From contig JAFUIQ010000011.1 in assembly GCA_017468385.1 (NCBI GenBank), positions 68,224 through 132,223 on the forward strand: a stretch of DNA of 64,000 nt. Reading direction: 5' to 3'. The stretch's first letter is position 1. Each line of letters opens with the position of its first letter. Source of the DNA: Clostridia bacterium. GTDB taxonomy: Bacteria; Bacillota; Clostridia; Oscillospirales; CAG-272. The position numbers and the translations under genes are program-made. The notes under the pieces are model-generated. The model saw only the letters and a program-made list of their open reading frames with translations. It had not been told where the DNA came from and made no database searches. Positions 39,767 through 49,504 of this stretch are shown piece after piece.

Positions 39767-40414
39767 ATGATGCGGATTATTACGGGCACAGCCCGGGGAA
39801 TCAAATTGACCACGCTGGAGGGCGAGACCACCCGCCCTACCGCCGAGCGGGTGAAGGAAGCCGTTTTTTCCATGATCCAGTTTGAGATCGAGGGACGGGC
39901 GGTGCTGGATCTCTTTGCGGGATCGGGCCAGCTGGCCCTGGAGGCACTGAGCCGCGGCGCGGCCCGTGCTACGATTATCGACGCCTCCCGCGAGGCGGCC
40001 AATGTGATTATGGACAACGCCAAAAAGACCCGGCTGTTTGATCGGTGCCGCATTTCCTGTGCGGATTATGCGTCCTTTATCCGGGGCGCCGCCCATCGCG
40101 AACAGTACGATATCGTGTTCCTGGATCCGCCTTACGCCGCTGGACTGGTGCCGGAGGCGCTGCGCAAGCTGGCCCAGGGAGATCTGTATGCTCCCGGTGC
40201 GGTGATCGTGTGCGAGACGGACAACGGTACCGATGCCCGTCCTTCCCGCCGGAATCGGAGCGAGGAGGAGATCGAGGCGCGGGAAAACGAGGCGATTCTG
40301 CAGGATGTGTTCGGCGGAAGCGAGGAGCTGGCCGCGCTGTATACCGTGCAGAAATCCGTATCCTACGGGCGGTCGCGGATCACACTGCTTCGCCCGGTGG
40401 CAGGTGAGGCGTGA
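39767..40414 (+). CDS. rsmD: 16S rRNA m2G966 methyltransferase
   Basis: RIITG, TRPT..VKEA, DLFAGSG, DPPY. Confidence 0.95.
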   Translation: MMRIITGTARGIKLTTLEGETTRPTAERVKEAVFSMIQFEIEGRAVLDLFAGSGQLALEALSRGAARATIIDASREAANVIMDNAKKTRLFDRCRISCADYASFIRGAAHREQYDIVFLDPPYAAGLVPEALRKLAQGDLYAPGAVIVCETDNGTDARPSRRNRSEEEIEARENEAILQDVFGGSEELAALYTVQKSVSYGRSRITLLRPVAGEA

Positions 40415-40415
40415 T

Positions 40416-40937
40416 ATGGCAAACGAAAAAAGGATTGCAATGATCACCGGCAGTTTTGATCCGGTGACAAGCGGCCATGCGGATCTGATCCGACGGGCGG
40501 CTAAAATGTTCGATTTTGTGTACGTGGCACTGATGTCCAACGGAGAGAAGGACTCCGCCGCTCACGGCATGTTTACCTATGGGGAGCGTCTTGCCATGCT
40601 GGAGGCGGCCTGCGCCGATCTGGCAGGGGAGGGAATCACCAACGTGAAGGCGGAATTATGCGTCGGCCTGTCCTCCGCCTATGCTGCGGAGCGGGGTGTG
40701 AAATATATCGTCCGCGGCGTGCGCAGCGCGTCGGATTTCGATTACGAATACTCCCTTGCCGCCATCATGAAGCGGTTTGACGCGGATCTGGAAACGGTGA
40801 TGCTGCCCGCAGAGCCATCCATCGCCTGTGTTAGCTCCACCTACGTGCGGGAATTGATCAAATACGGCCATCCCATCGGCGATGCCATGCCGAAGAGCGC
40901 AGCACGGTTGGCTGTGTCCCTCTATGGGAAAAAATAA
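40416..40937 (+). CDS. coaD: Pantetheine-phosphate adenylyltransferase
   Basis: GSFDPVTSGH, VRGVR..DFDYE, VSSTYVRE. Confidence 0.95.
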   Translation: MANEKRIAMITGSFDPVTSGHADLIRRAAKMFDFVYVALMSNGEKDSAAHGMFTYGERLAMLEAACADLAGEGITNVKAELCVGLSSAYAAERGVKYIVRGVRSASDFDYEYSLAAIMKRFDADLETVMLPAEPSIACVSSTYVRELIKYGHPIGDAMPKSAARLAVSLYGKK

Positions 40938-41058
40938 TATTTCAAAAACAGCGCCGGACAGGCGCTGCTTTTTTATTGCAAATTATCGGAGCGGGTTGCG
41001 GACGGAGGGAATATGTGCTATAATCAAAATAATAAACGCAGTGGAGGAATTGAAAAAT

Positions 41059-42780
41059 ATGAAACACGGCTTTCGATGGATCATGGCGTGTGTGCTGTTG
41101 TCCTGTGCGGTTTTCAGCGGATGCACGGGCAAGGAGAATCCCGACACACCGACCGACACAGCCCAAACACCGGAGCAGCAAGGCTTTGTGCCGTCGCAGA
41201 TCACCTTGATCGAGAACGGCGGGAGCGCGTACACCATTGTATATGCATCCGGAAGCGGCGTGGATTATCGCGCTATCGCAACGGATGTGCAGCGGCAGAT
41301 TGAGAAATACACCGGGATAAAGCTGCCCATGAGCCGGGACGGATCCACCGGTGCGCCCACCGAGAACTGTATTCTGGTAGGCCCCACCTCCTTTGCCCAG
41401 TCGATGGCGGTGTGTGACGGAATGCGTGCCCACGATTATACGGTACGTACCGATGGAACACATCTTGTGCTTGGTTTGATCGGGGAAAAGGCAGCGGGAA
41501 ATGCGCTGGATGTACTGATCGATGCCGTCGCGGATTATGATGAGACATCGGCCTCTCCGCTGGTTCTGTCGCTGAACGAGTCGGTCACGTTTACCGGATA
41601 CCGCCTGCGCTCCTTTACGGTGGAGGGCGTGTCGCTGAGTGAGTTTGCCATCGTTTACGGAAAGGATGAAAACGCGGATGCGGCTTTGGAGGTACAGGCA
41701 CAGATTTTTGATGCCTACGGAAGCCTTTTGCCGGTATATATGGACTGGGAAGCGGACCCCACGGGTCATGAGATCCTCGTGGGTGAGACAAAACGGCCGG
41801 CTTCCAAATCTGTTGCGGCACCCACCGACGCGCTTGGCTATGCCTGGAGCGTGTCTGACGGGAATCTGGTGCTGAAATCCGCGGGACTTCATTCCCTGAT
41901 CCGGGGGGCAGGGCTCACTGCCGATCATTTTGCCGCACTAGGCAAGGAGATCGCTTTGGAAAACGGATATACGGCCGCCGGCACCATTCACAAGCCTGCC
42001 TGGGAGGCTGCATGGGCCGCGGGTACGGACATTCGTGTTATGAGCACTAACGTGCTGGCAGATACGTATATTGTGGATTGGAATGCATATCCCCACGTCG
42101 AGCACCGGAGTGAGATGTTCTTTGCCGCTGTGGAGTATTATCAGCCTGCCATCATCGGTGCCCAGGAGTTTGATGTATACTGGTGGCGGGAATGGAACAA
42201 GTACGCGCACAAGGATCAGTATGCGATCCATACAGCCGACAATCCCAGAGTCAGTGGGGAAAAATACCTATCCAACATCATCTACCGCACCGATCTTCTG
42301 GAGATGGAAGAGGGAGGGAATGTTTACTACAAATACAACACCAACGGCCGGTGCCGTGTGATGTGCTGGGGTGTGTTCAAGGTGAAGGCCACCGGGGAGC
42401 GGTTCATCTTCCTCAACACCCATTGGGATGTGGACGGAGTGAATGCCGACGGCACAAAAAACCCCGGATACAAGCCGCAACAGGCTGCGGAGACGGTGAC
42501 CATGCTCCGGGATCTGCAGGCGAAGTATGACCTTCCCGTGATCTGCACGGCGGACTGGAACACACAGGAGACTTCCGACATCATGCAGAACTTCCTCAAG
42601 GAGATGGACATGGTGATTACCCGGCAAGTGCTGCACTCGGAACAGATTAATTATATCGATATGATTCTGGCCACCAAGGATGTGAGCGTGCTGCGCTGGG
42701 ATCGGCTGGAATACCACAGAAAACCGGATCTGGGAACGGATCACCCGTGGGTGATGGCGGACTTGAAACTGCCGGATTGA
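41059..42780 (+). CDS. Lipoprotein with C-terminal endonuclease/exonuclease/phosphatase (EEP) domain
   Basis: FSGC lipobox; two (Y/F)xIVY..ILVGxT repeats; VMSTNV, GAQE, NTHW, ADWN, IDMI, TDH. Confidence 0.85.
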   Translation: MKHGFRWIMACVLLSCAVFSGCTGKENPDTPTDTAQTPEQQGFVPSQITLIENGGSAYTIVYASGSGVDYRAIATDVQRQIEKYTGIKLPMSRDGSTGAPTENCILVGPTSFAQSMAVCDGMRAHDYTVRTDGTHLVLGLIGEKAAGNALDVLIDAVADYDETSASPLVLSLNESVTFTGYRLRSFTVEGVSLSEFAIVYGKDENADAALEVQAQIFDAYGSLLPVYMDWEADPTGHEILVGETKRPASKSVAAPTDALGYAWSVSDGNLVLKSAGLHSLIRGAGLTADHFAALGKEIALENGYTAAGTIHKPAWEAAWAAGTDIRVMSTNVLADTYIVDWNAYPHVEHRSEMFFAAVEYYQPAIIGAQEFDVYWWREWNKYAHKDQYAIHTADNPRVSGEKYLSNIIYRTDLLEMEEGGNVYYKYNTNGRCRVMCWGVFKVKATGERFIFLNTHWDVDGVNADGTKNPGYKPQQAAETVTMLRDLQAKYDLPVICTADWNTQETSDIMQNFLKEMDMVITRQVLHSEQINYIDMILATKDVSVLRWDRLEYHRKPDLGTDHPWVMADLKLPD

Positions 42781-42796
42781 ATAACCTGACAAACAG

Positions 42797-42826
42797 GGCG
42801 AGAGGAAACTCTCGCCTTGTTTTTTT
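42797..42826 (+). terminator. Terminator
   Basis: GGCGAGAG-GAAA-CTCTCGCC + T run. Confidence 0.8.
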
Positions 42827-43009
42827 GCACTCCGAATACGGTTATCCGTGTGCGAAAAATGTATAATTTTGGCGATTGCGGAAAGTGCAGGAATAGCCAA
42901 AATGTTGGAAAATGTTGGAAGGGACAGAATTCCCCTCGGGAAATGCTGCGGATTTGAGAAAAATGAGGAGAAATACCAAGAAAAATTTCATAAAATGCAA
43001 AAAAAACTA

Positions 43010-43071
43010 TTGAATTTCCCATGAAAGTGTATTATAATGTTTACAGTGTGGTGAAGTGTGGGGGAAAGTAG
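43010..43071 (+). promoter_or_regulatory. dcw promoter with MraZ boxes
   Basis: TTGAAT-17-TATAAT, then GTGG/GTGG/GTAG at 10-bp period (43048, 43058, 43068). Confidence 0.8.
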
Positions 43072-43103
43072 TGTAAAATTCCACAGGAAAGGAGCTGAAA
43101 ACT

Positions 43104-43523
43104 ATGTTGATGGGGAAATTCACGCATAATCTGGATGCGAAGAATCGTCTGTTCATCCCGGCCAAGCATCGGGATCAGTTGGGCGAAACTTTTGTGATTA
43201 CCCGCAATATAGACAAGTGCCTTTCTGTGTTCTCCATGGAAGAGTGGGAAAAGTACACGGACAAGCTGGAACAGCTCCCCTCCACCCAGGCCCGTGAGAT
43301 CGCCCGCTTCATCTACTCCAACGCCGCGGATGTACAGCCCGACTCCCAGGGGCGTGTTCTGATTCCCGCCGAACTGCTTGCCTATGCCGGCATCGAAAAG
43401 AGTGCTGTGGTGGTTGGCTGCGGCCGCCATGCGGAGATCTGGGCAGAGGAAATCTGGAACGAAAAGAACAGCGGCGAAAATGCAGAGTCCCTGACGGAGC
43501 AGATGATCCGTCTCGGCTTCTGA
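43104..43523 (+). CDS. mraZ: Division/cell wall cluster repressor MraZ
   Basis: LDAKNRL.IP, DSQGRVLIP, EIW. Confidence 0.96.
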   Translation: MLMGKFTHNLDAKNRLFIPAKHRDQLGETFVITRNIDKCLSVFSMEEWEKYTDKLEQLPSTQAREIARFIYSNAADVQPDSQGRVLIPAELLAYAGIEKSAVVVGCGRHAEIWAEEIWNEKNSGENAESLTEQMIRLGF

Positions 43524-43542
43524 CGGATACGGAGTTTCATCT

Positions 43543-44481
43543 ATGGAATTTTCTCACGTATCGATTCTGGCTCCCGAATGTATGGAGATCCTGCAGCCGG
43601 AGCGAGGCGGTGTGTATGTGGATTGCACGGCCGGCGGCGGCGGGCACTCCTTTGAAATAGCACGGCGGCTGCCCGAGGGCGGTCGGCTGATCTGCCTGGA
43701 TCGGGATGATGCCGCCCTGGCGGCCTGCGAGAAACGGCTCGCCCCCTTCTCCGATCGGGTAACTTTGGTGAAAACGAATTTTTCCGGCATCGGCGCCGCG
43801 CTGGATATGCTGGGCATCGAACAGATTCACGGCGTTATGTGGGATCTGGGCGTGTCCTCCTACCAGTTGGACGAAAAAGGACGGGGCTTCTCCTATACCG
43901 CCGAGGCTCCTCTGGATATGCGGATGGATCAAACCGCTGCTTTCTGTGCGAGGGATGTGGTCAACGGTTATTCCGAGGCGGAACTCACCCGCGTGATCCG
44001 TGACTACGGCGAGGAAAAATTTGCGGCCCGCGTGGCCCGCGCCATCTGCGAAAAACGGGCAGAAAAAGAAATTGAAACTACCTCCGAGCTGGCACAGATC
44101 GTCCATCAGGCGATTCCCGCGGCGGCTCGGTTCAAGGAAAATCAGCATCCCGCACGCCGCACCTTTCAGGCGATCCGCATTGAGGTGAACGGGGAGCTGG
44201 ATTCCATCCCGCCCTCCCTGGAGGAGGCTATCCGGCGACTGGCCCCCGGCGGCCGCGCCGCGGTGATCACCTTCCATTCGCTGGAGGACCGCATCGCCAA
44301 GCAAACCTTTGCCAATCTGGCATCGGGATGCACTTGCCCGCCCAACTTCCCCGTGTGTGTGTGCGGCAAGAAACCTACCGTCAAAATCCTGAACAAGAAA
44401 CCGATTCTCCCCACCGAGGCGGAGATGAACGATAACCCCCGCTCCCGCAGTGCGAAATTGCGCGGAGTGGAAAAACTGTAA
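43543..44481 (+). CDS. rsmH: 16S rRNA m4C1402 methyltransferase
   Basis: DCTAGGGGHS, DLGVSS, RGFSY, FQAIRIEVN, FHSLED, NPRSRSAKLR. Confidence 0.97.
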   Translation: MEFSHVSILAPECMEILQPERGGVYVDCTAGGGGHSFEIARRLPEGGRLICLDRDDAALAACEKRLAPFSDRVTLVKTNFSGIGAALDMLGIEQIHGVMWDLGVSSYQLDEKGRGFSYTAEAPLDMRMDQTAAFCARDVVNGYSEAELTRVIRDYGEEKFAARVARAICEKRAEKEIETTSELAQIVHQAIPAAARFKENQHPARRTFQAIRIEVNGELDSIPPSLEEAIRRLAPGGRAAVITFHSLEDRIAKQTFANLASGCTCPPNFPVCVCGKKPTVKILNKKPILPTEAEMNDNPRSRSAKLRGVEKL

Positions 44482-44516
44482 CGAACGAATTTGATTAGTA
44501 TTTGGGAGGCTCTCAC

Positions 44517-45353
44517 ATGACCACGTATCATGCTGCTGATCCGCGCGCCACTACCGGGAATCCCCTCTGCGATAAACTGAGACGGCAGTACAGCGGGCGT
44601 CTTACCGCCGCTGCCGCTCGCTCCGTACCTACATCGGAATTGATGGCACGGGTACAGCAGGGGCTGAATCCCTATGAGAATACTCCCGCCGTTACCTATC
44701 AGAGTGCCCGTCCGGCACCGGCCCGTCCTGCACAGCCGATGCAGAATCGCGCACCGCAGTCGATGAGCCGTCCGGCACCCGCCCGCACGGAGACCGTACG
44801 CCGGAATGCCCAGGCAAGACCTGCTGGGGACCGTGTGAAAAAATCCGCCGCTCCGGCCGCCCGCACCAGACAGGCAGCCCCCACCGCCCGCCGTCCTATG
44901 CCCGTATCCGCTGTGAGACGCGCTCCCGCGGCAAAGGAAATCCGCATGGCCAGCAAGCCCTTCCCGCTGGCAACGGTATCCCTGCTTGCTATCTTCACTG
45001 TAATGATCATGGTCATCATGGTCAGTTTCGCACAGAATTATGAACTGAACGGCGAGATCTCCGCCTTGGAAGCCCAGGCACAGGCGCTGGCACAGAGTGA
45101 GAGAGAGTTGTCTCTGGCTTTGGAGGAGCGGGACGACATCCGCGTCATCGAGGATATCGCCATCAACCGCATCGGTATGGTCCGCGGCAATCTGGTGGAA
45201 AGCCGTTTTGTGTCCGTGTCCGGCGGTGACCGCATTGTTTTGAATAATGCCGCTCAGGAATCCGATAAGCAGGAGGGCGGTTACGGATTGTTCTCCACCA
45301 TGCTGTCCGCTATCGGAGAGAATCTGGATAAATTGAGAGAGTACGTGGACTGA
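44517..45353 (+). CDS. FtsL-like protein with long Ala/Pro/Arg-rich N-terminus
   Basis: Position between rsmH and PBP; single TM, coiled coil, IEDIAINRIGMV. Confidence 0.7.
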   Translation: MTTYHAADPRATTGNPLCDKLRRQYSGRLTAAAARSVPTSELMARVQQGLNPYENTPAVTYQSARPAPARPAQPMQNRAPQSMSRPAPARTETVRRNAQARPAGDRVKKSAAPAARTRQAAPTARRPMPVSAVRRAPAAKEIRMASKPFPLATVSLLAIFTVMIMVIMVSFAQNYELNGEISALEAQAQALAQSERELSLALEERDDIRVIEDIAINRIGMVRGNLVESRFVSVSGGDRIVLNNAAQESDKQEGGYGLFSTMLSAIGENLDKLREYVD

Positions 45354-45414
45354 CGCGAGGATGCAGCATTGCGCCCCGCGTTTTTTCCAAAAAGATACAT
45401 ATATCCCGTTTTTT

Positions 45415-45443
45415 GCATATTTACGCCAAGGCACGCGTACAAT
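45415..45443 (+). promoter_or_regulatory. sigmaE-like promoter upstream of PBP
   Basis: GCATATT-14-CGTACAAT. Confidence 0.5.
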
Positions 45444-45532
45444 ACATACGGGAATCCGCAAGCATAGTGGGTGCTTGCGGTTTTTCGGCCAGTAAGTGGC
45501 TTTGCAAACTGTTCGGTAATGGAGGAGATATC

Positions 45533-47893
45533 GTGGCGTCATCTGCCAAGAGGATTGATAGGCGCACCGTAATGCGGTCGCTGATCGTTATGGCTGTGTT
45601 TCTGCTGGTGGCGGCAGTGCTGATCTTTGCGCTGTTCCGACTGCAGATTCTGGAATACGATTATTACCAAAAAGAAGTAATCGATCAGCTGACCCACGAA
45701 ACGGAGGTCAATCCGGAGCGGGGCATCATCTACGATCGGAACGGAAATATACTGGCTACCAACACCACGGTGTATCTGATCTTCATCTCTCCCCAGGATA
45801 TCATCGACGCCATGGCGGAGGCGGAAGCCGCGGCCGTGGAAGCCGCCGCGGACGGAAAGGAATCCGAATCGGATTACAAAACCGCCTATACATGGACATC
45901 CGCCGACGGAACAGTACATAACGATGTGAAGATGAACGAACTGATCGCCCGGGCGCTGTCGGATATTCTCGGCGTGGATTACGATTCCGTGATCGAGAAA
46001 GCGGCGATGAACGGCCGCCGGTATGAGGTGATCAAGAAAAACGTGGAGCAATCAGACGCGGAGCGGGTGCGGGAGTTTATCTCCGAATACGGCTTCACCC
46101 GCCAGATCTACCTGCGCGCCTCGGCCAAGCGATACTATCCTTACGATACGCTGGCCTGCCACGTTCTGGGATTCACCAACAGCGACGGCGTGGGCATCTA
46201 CGGTCTGGAGGCCCAGTACAACAACATCCTGGAGGGCACATCCGGCCGCTATATCAAGGCCCAGGACGCCCACAACGGTGACATGCCCTTCGATTACGAG
46301 AGCTATGTGGAGGCCGAAAACGGCTACAACATCGTCACCACGCTGGATCTGTACATCCAGTATGAGCTGGAGAACCAACTGAAAACCACCTATTACGAAT
46401 CCGGGGCGGGCAACCGCGTGTCCGGCATCGTAATCGACGTGAATACGGGCGGCGTTCTGGCCATGGCCACCTATCCCGCCTTTGACTTGAACAATCCCTA
46501 CAAGCTGGATGAGGATTCCCAGAAGAAACTGGATACGCTGGATCCGGAATCGGATGAGTACACCCAGATGTATTACAATCTGCTCTACACCATGTGGAAA
46601 AACAAGGCTACTACGGAGCTGTATGAGCCGGGATCCACGTTCAAGATCGTTACTACCGCTATGGGCCTGGAGGAAAACGTCATCCGCCTGGAGGAGAATT
46701 TCACCTGCACCGGTGCTCTCAAGATTGAGGGCTGGACACAGCCGATCAAATGCCACAAAAAAGGCGGTCACGGTACACTGCCGTTCTATCAGATGCTGCA
46801 GCAATCCTGCAACCCCACCATGATGCAGCTGGCCAACCGGCTGGGGCAGGATACCTTCTATAACTATTTCCTGTCCTTCGGATACAATTCCATCACGGGC
46901 ATCGATCTGCCCGGAGAAAGCTATCCCATCGTCAGCTCCAAAAACAATTTCGGCGGGGTTTCCCTGGCGGTCTATTCCTTCGGTCAGACCTTCAAGATTA
47001 CCCCCATCCAGCAGATCACGGCGGTATCCGCCGTGGCCAACGGCGGCTATCTGATGACACCCCATCTTCTGCGGGAAATCGTGGACGATGAAGGCAACGT
47101 GATCCAGTCCTACGAGACGGACGCGGTCCGTCAGGTGGTCAGCACGGAAACCTGCGATACCATCGACTGGATTCTGGAAGACGGCGTGTCCGGCAACGGC
47201 GGCGCGAAAAACGCCTACGTGAAAGGATACAAGGTAGCGGCCAAGACCGGTACCTCCCAGAAGCAGGATAAATACGACGCAAACGGAGAGCGTTCCTTCC
47301 GTATCGGCTCCTGTGTGGCTTATGCCCCCGCCGATGACGCCAAAATCGCCGCATTGATCATGGTGGATGAACCTATGAAAGGCTCGGTGTACGGCAGCGT
47401 GGTGGCGGCTCCCTATGTGTCCAAACTGTTGTCCTTCGTTCTCCCTTATATGGGAATCGAGGCCCAGTATACCGAGGAAGAACTGAAGAAAATCGAGATC
47501 AGCCTATCCAACTACGTGGGTGCTACCGTGGAGGCGTCCAAAGCCGATCTGGGCTGGCGCGGCATCCAGTACACCATCGTAGGCGATGGCGACAAGATCA
47601 CGGCGCAGGTTCCTGCCGCCGGATCCACCATATTCAAGGATACCGGCAAACTGATCCTGTATACAGGTGAGGAAGTGCCGAAAAATACAGTCAAAGTGCC
47701 CGATCTCGTCGGTAAGACGGCGGAGGCGGCCAATCGACTGCTTGTGAATGCAGGCCTGAATGTTTCGATCACTGGCGCGACCAACGGCGATACCGCAACG
47801 GTTATCAGCCAGACGCCCGCCGCGGGCGAAACGGTTCCGTCCGCCACCGTTGTCACCATTGAGGTGCGCCATCTGGGACTGACGGACGACTGA
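45533..47893 (+). CDS. Class B PBP (SpoVD/FtsI-like) with PASTA domains
   Basis: RGIIYDRNG, EPGSTFK, SCN, KTGT; two PASTA-like repeats; GTG after GGAGGAG. Confidence 0.93.
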   Translation: MASSAKRIDRRTVMRSLIVMAVFLLVAAVLIFALFRLQILEYDYYQKEVIDQLTHETEVNPERGIIYDRNGNILATNTTVYLIFISPQDIIDAMAEAEAAAVEAAADGKESESDYKTAYTWTSADGTVHNDVKMNELIARALSDILGVDYDSVIEKAAMNGRRYEVIKKNVEQSDAERVREFISEYGFTRQIYLRASAKRYYPYDTLACHVLGFTNSDGVGIYGLEAQYNNILEGTSGRYIKAQDAHNGDMPFDYESYVEAENGYNIVTTLDLYIQYELENQLKTTYYESGAGNRVSGIVIDVNTGGVLAMATYPAFDLNNPYKLDEDSQKKLDTLDPESDEYTQMYYNLLYTMWKNKATTELYEPGSTFKIVTTAMGLEENVIRLEENFTCTGALKIEGWTQPIKCHKKGGHGTLPFYQMLQQSCNPTMMQLANRLGQDTFYNYFLSFGYNSITGIDLPGESYPIVSSKNNFGGVSLAVYSFGQTFKITPIQQITAVSAVANGGYLMTPHLLREIVDDEGNVIQSYETDAVRQVVSTETCDTIDWILEDGVSGNGGAKNAYVKGYKVAAKTGTSQKQDKYDANGERSFRIGSCVAYAPADDAKIAALIMVDEPMKGSVYGSVVAAPYVSKLLSFVLPYMGIEAQYTEEELKKIEISLSNYVGATVEASKADLGWRGIQYTIVGDGDKITAQVPAAGSTIFKDTGKLILYTGEEVPKNTVKVPDLVGKTAEAANRLLVNAGLNVSITGATNGDTATVISQTPAAGETVPSATVVTIEVRHLGLTDD

Positions 47894-47942
47894 TACGGGC
47901 CGGAAGTGAAAAGTCATACAACTTCACTTCCGGAGGTATCCT

Positions 47943-49448
47943 ATGCGGCTGTATGAACTTTTGCGCGGCGTGGATGTGCTTCAATCGCACGCCGACGAGT
48001 GCATGGAGATTCCCCATATCGTGTCCGATTCCCGTCGGGCGCGGTCGGGATGTATGTTTCTTTGCCTGCGCGGCGTGCGCACCGACGGACATCGGTACAT
48101 ACCGCAGGCAAAAGAGAAGGGCGCGGCTGTGGCCGTCATTGACGATACAGCCTGCGCGCCGGCGGATCTGCCCTATGTGGTGGTGGGGAATACCCGCGCC
48201 GCGGCGGCGCAGATTTGGAACAATTACTACGGTGATCCCACCCGGGATATGCGGGTGGTGGCCATCACGGGAACAAACGGAAAAACATCCACGTCCTACA
48301 TCCTGCGTGCCATCCTGGCCGCCGCCGGGTACAAAACCGGGCTGATCGGCACGGTGCGCTGTCTGTGCGGGGACGAGGAGATCGATCTGGGCGGCGGCGG
48401 AGAAATCGCCGATGTGCCGGCCGCCATGACCACGCCCGATCCGGAATTTCTATACGGCGCGGCGGCGCAGATGCGGGATCGGGGGACGGAGGTGCTGATT
48501 CTGGAAGCCACCTCCCACGCCTTGGATCTGCATAAGGTGGATGCCATGCATATCGACATCGGTATCTTTACCAATCTGACGCCGGAGCATATGGATTATC
48601 ACGGCACCATGGAGCGCTATCTGGCGGCAAAGGCCCGCCTGTTCGCCATGTGCCCCGTGGGTATCGTCCTGGCTGACGATCCGTACGCCGGGCCGCTGAT
48701 GGAGCTGGCACCGGCGTGCCGGTATATCCGATGCCGCGCCCGAGAGGATGCCGAGGGGGATGTTTACGCCCTGCGGCAGCAGATGCAGGGCATTGACGGC
48801 GTGTCCTATGTATATTATGCAAAAAACACGGTGTTTCGGGTGAAGTGCCCCGTGCCGGGACAGTTCACCGTGGCCAACACTATGCTGGCCATCACAGCGG
48901 CTTTGCGTCTCGGCATCGATCCGCTGACGATTCAGGATGCCCTGCGCAGCTTCTCCGGGGTGGAGGGGCGCATGGAGCGGGTGATCCTGCCCGGTGCACC
49001 GTTTACATTGTTTCTCGATTATGCACATACGCCGGCGGCGCTGGAAACGCTTCTTCGTACTGTCCGCCAAGCCCGGCGGGAGGGGCAGAAGATCACCTTG
49101 CTGTTTGGATGCGGCGGGGACAGAGATCCCGCCAAACGGCCCGTCATGGGACGGATCGCATCCGCTTTGGCGGATTTTGTGATCCTGACCTCCGACAACT
49201 GCCGCACGGAGAATCCCGCGGAAATCCTCTCGCAGATCCGGCGGGGGATGGATCGGGAAAAGCCCCACATCGTCCTCCCCGACCGGCGGGAAGCGATCCG
49301 CTACGCCATAAGGGAAGCGGGGACGGGGGATATCCTTCTGTTTGCGGGCAAAGGACATGAAAAATACGAGATCGACGCCTACGGCAAGCATCCGTTTGAT
49401 GAAGCGGACATTGCCCGCCGTGCCTATGCGGAGATCACACGGGGATAG
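47943..49448 (+). CDS. murE: UDP-MurNAc-dipeptide:DAP ligase
   Basis: TGTNGKTST, TTPD, DYAHTP, FGCGGDRD, DNCR, AGKGHE. Confidence 0.96.
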   Translation: MRLYELLRGVDVLQSHADECMEIPHIVSDSRRARSGCMFLCLRGVRTDGHRYIPQAKEKGAAVAVIDDTACAPADLPYVVVGNTRAAAAQIWNNYYGDPTRDMRVVAITGTNGKTSTSYILRAILAAAGYKTGLIGTVRCLCGDEEIDLGGGGEIADVPAAMTTPDPEFLYGAAAQMRDRGTEVLILEATSHALDLHKVDAMHIDIGIFTNLTPEHMDYHGTMERYLAAKARLFAMCPVGIVLADDPYAGPLMELAPACRYIRCRAREDAEGDVYALRQQMQGIDGVSYVYYAKNTVFRVKCPVPGQFTVANTMLAITAALRLGIDPLTIQDALRSFSGVEGRMERVILPGAPFTLFLDYAHTPAALETLLRTVRQARREGQKITLLFGCGGDRDPAKRPVMGRIASALADFVILTSDNCRTENPAEILSQIRRGMDREKPHIVLPDRREAIRYAIREAGTGDILLFAGKGHEKYEIDAYGKHPFDEADIARRAYAEITRG

Positions 49449-49504
49449 TGTATCCCCCATACCAAGGAAAGGGAATAAGCGGCTCCGGCCGCCGGAAATA
49501 CAGA

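Noticed and set aside
42899-42920. AAAATGTTGG tandem duplication
   Set aside because: Only two copies in an AT-rich intergenic region; no supportable function
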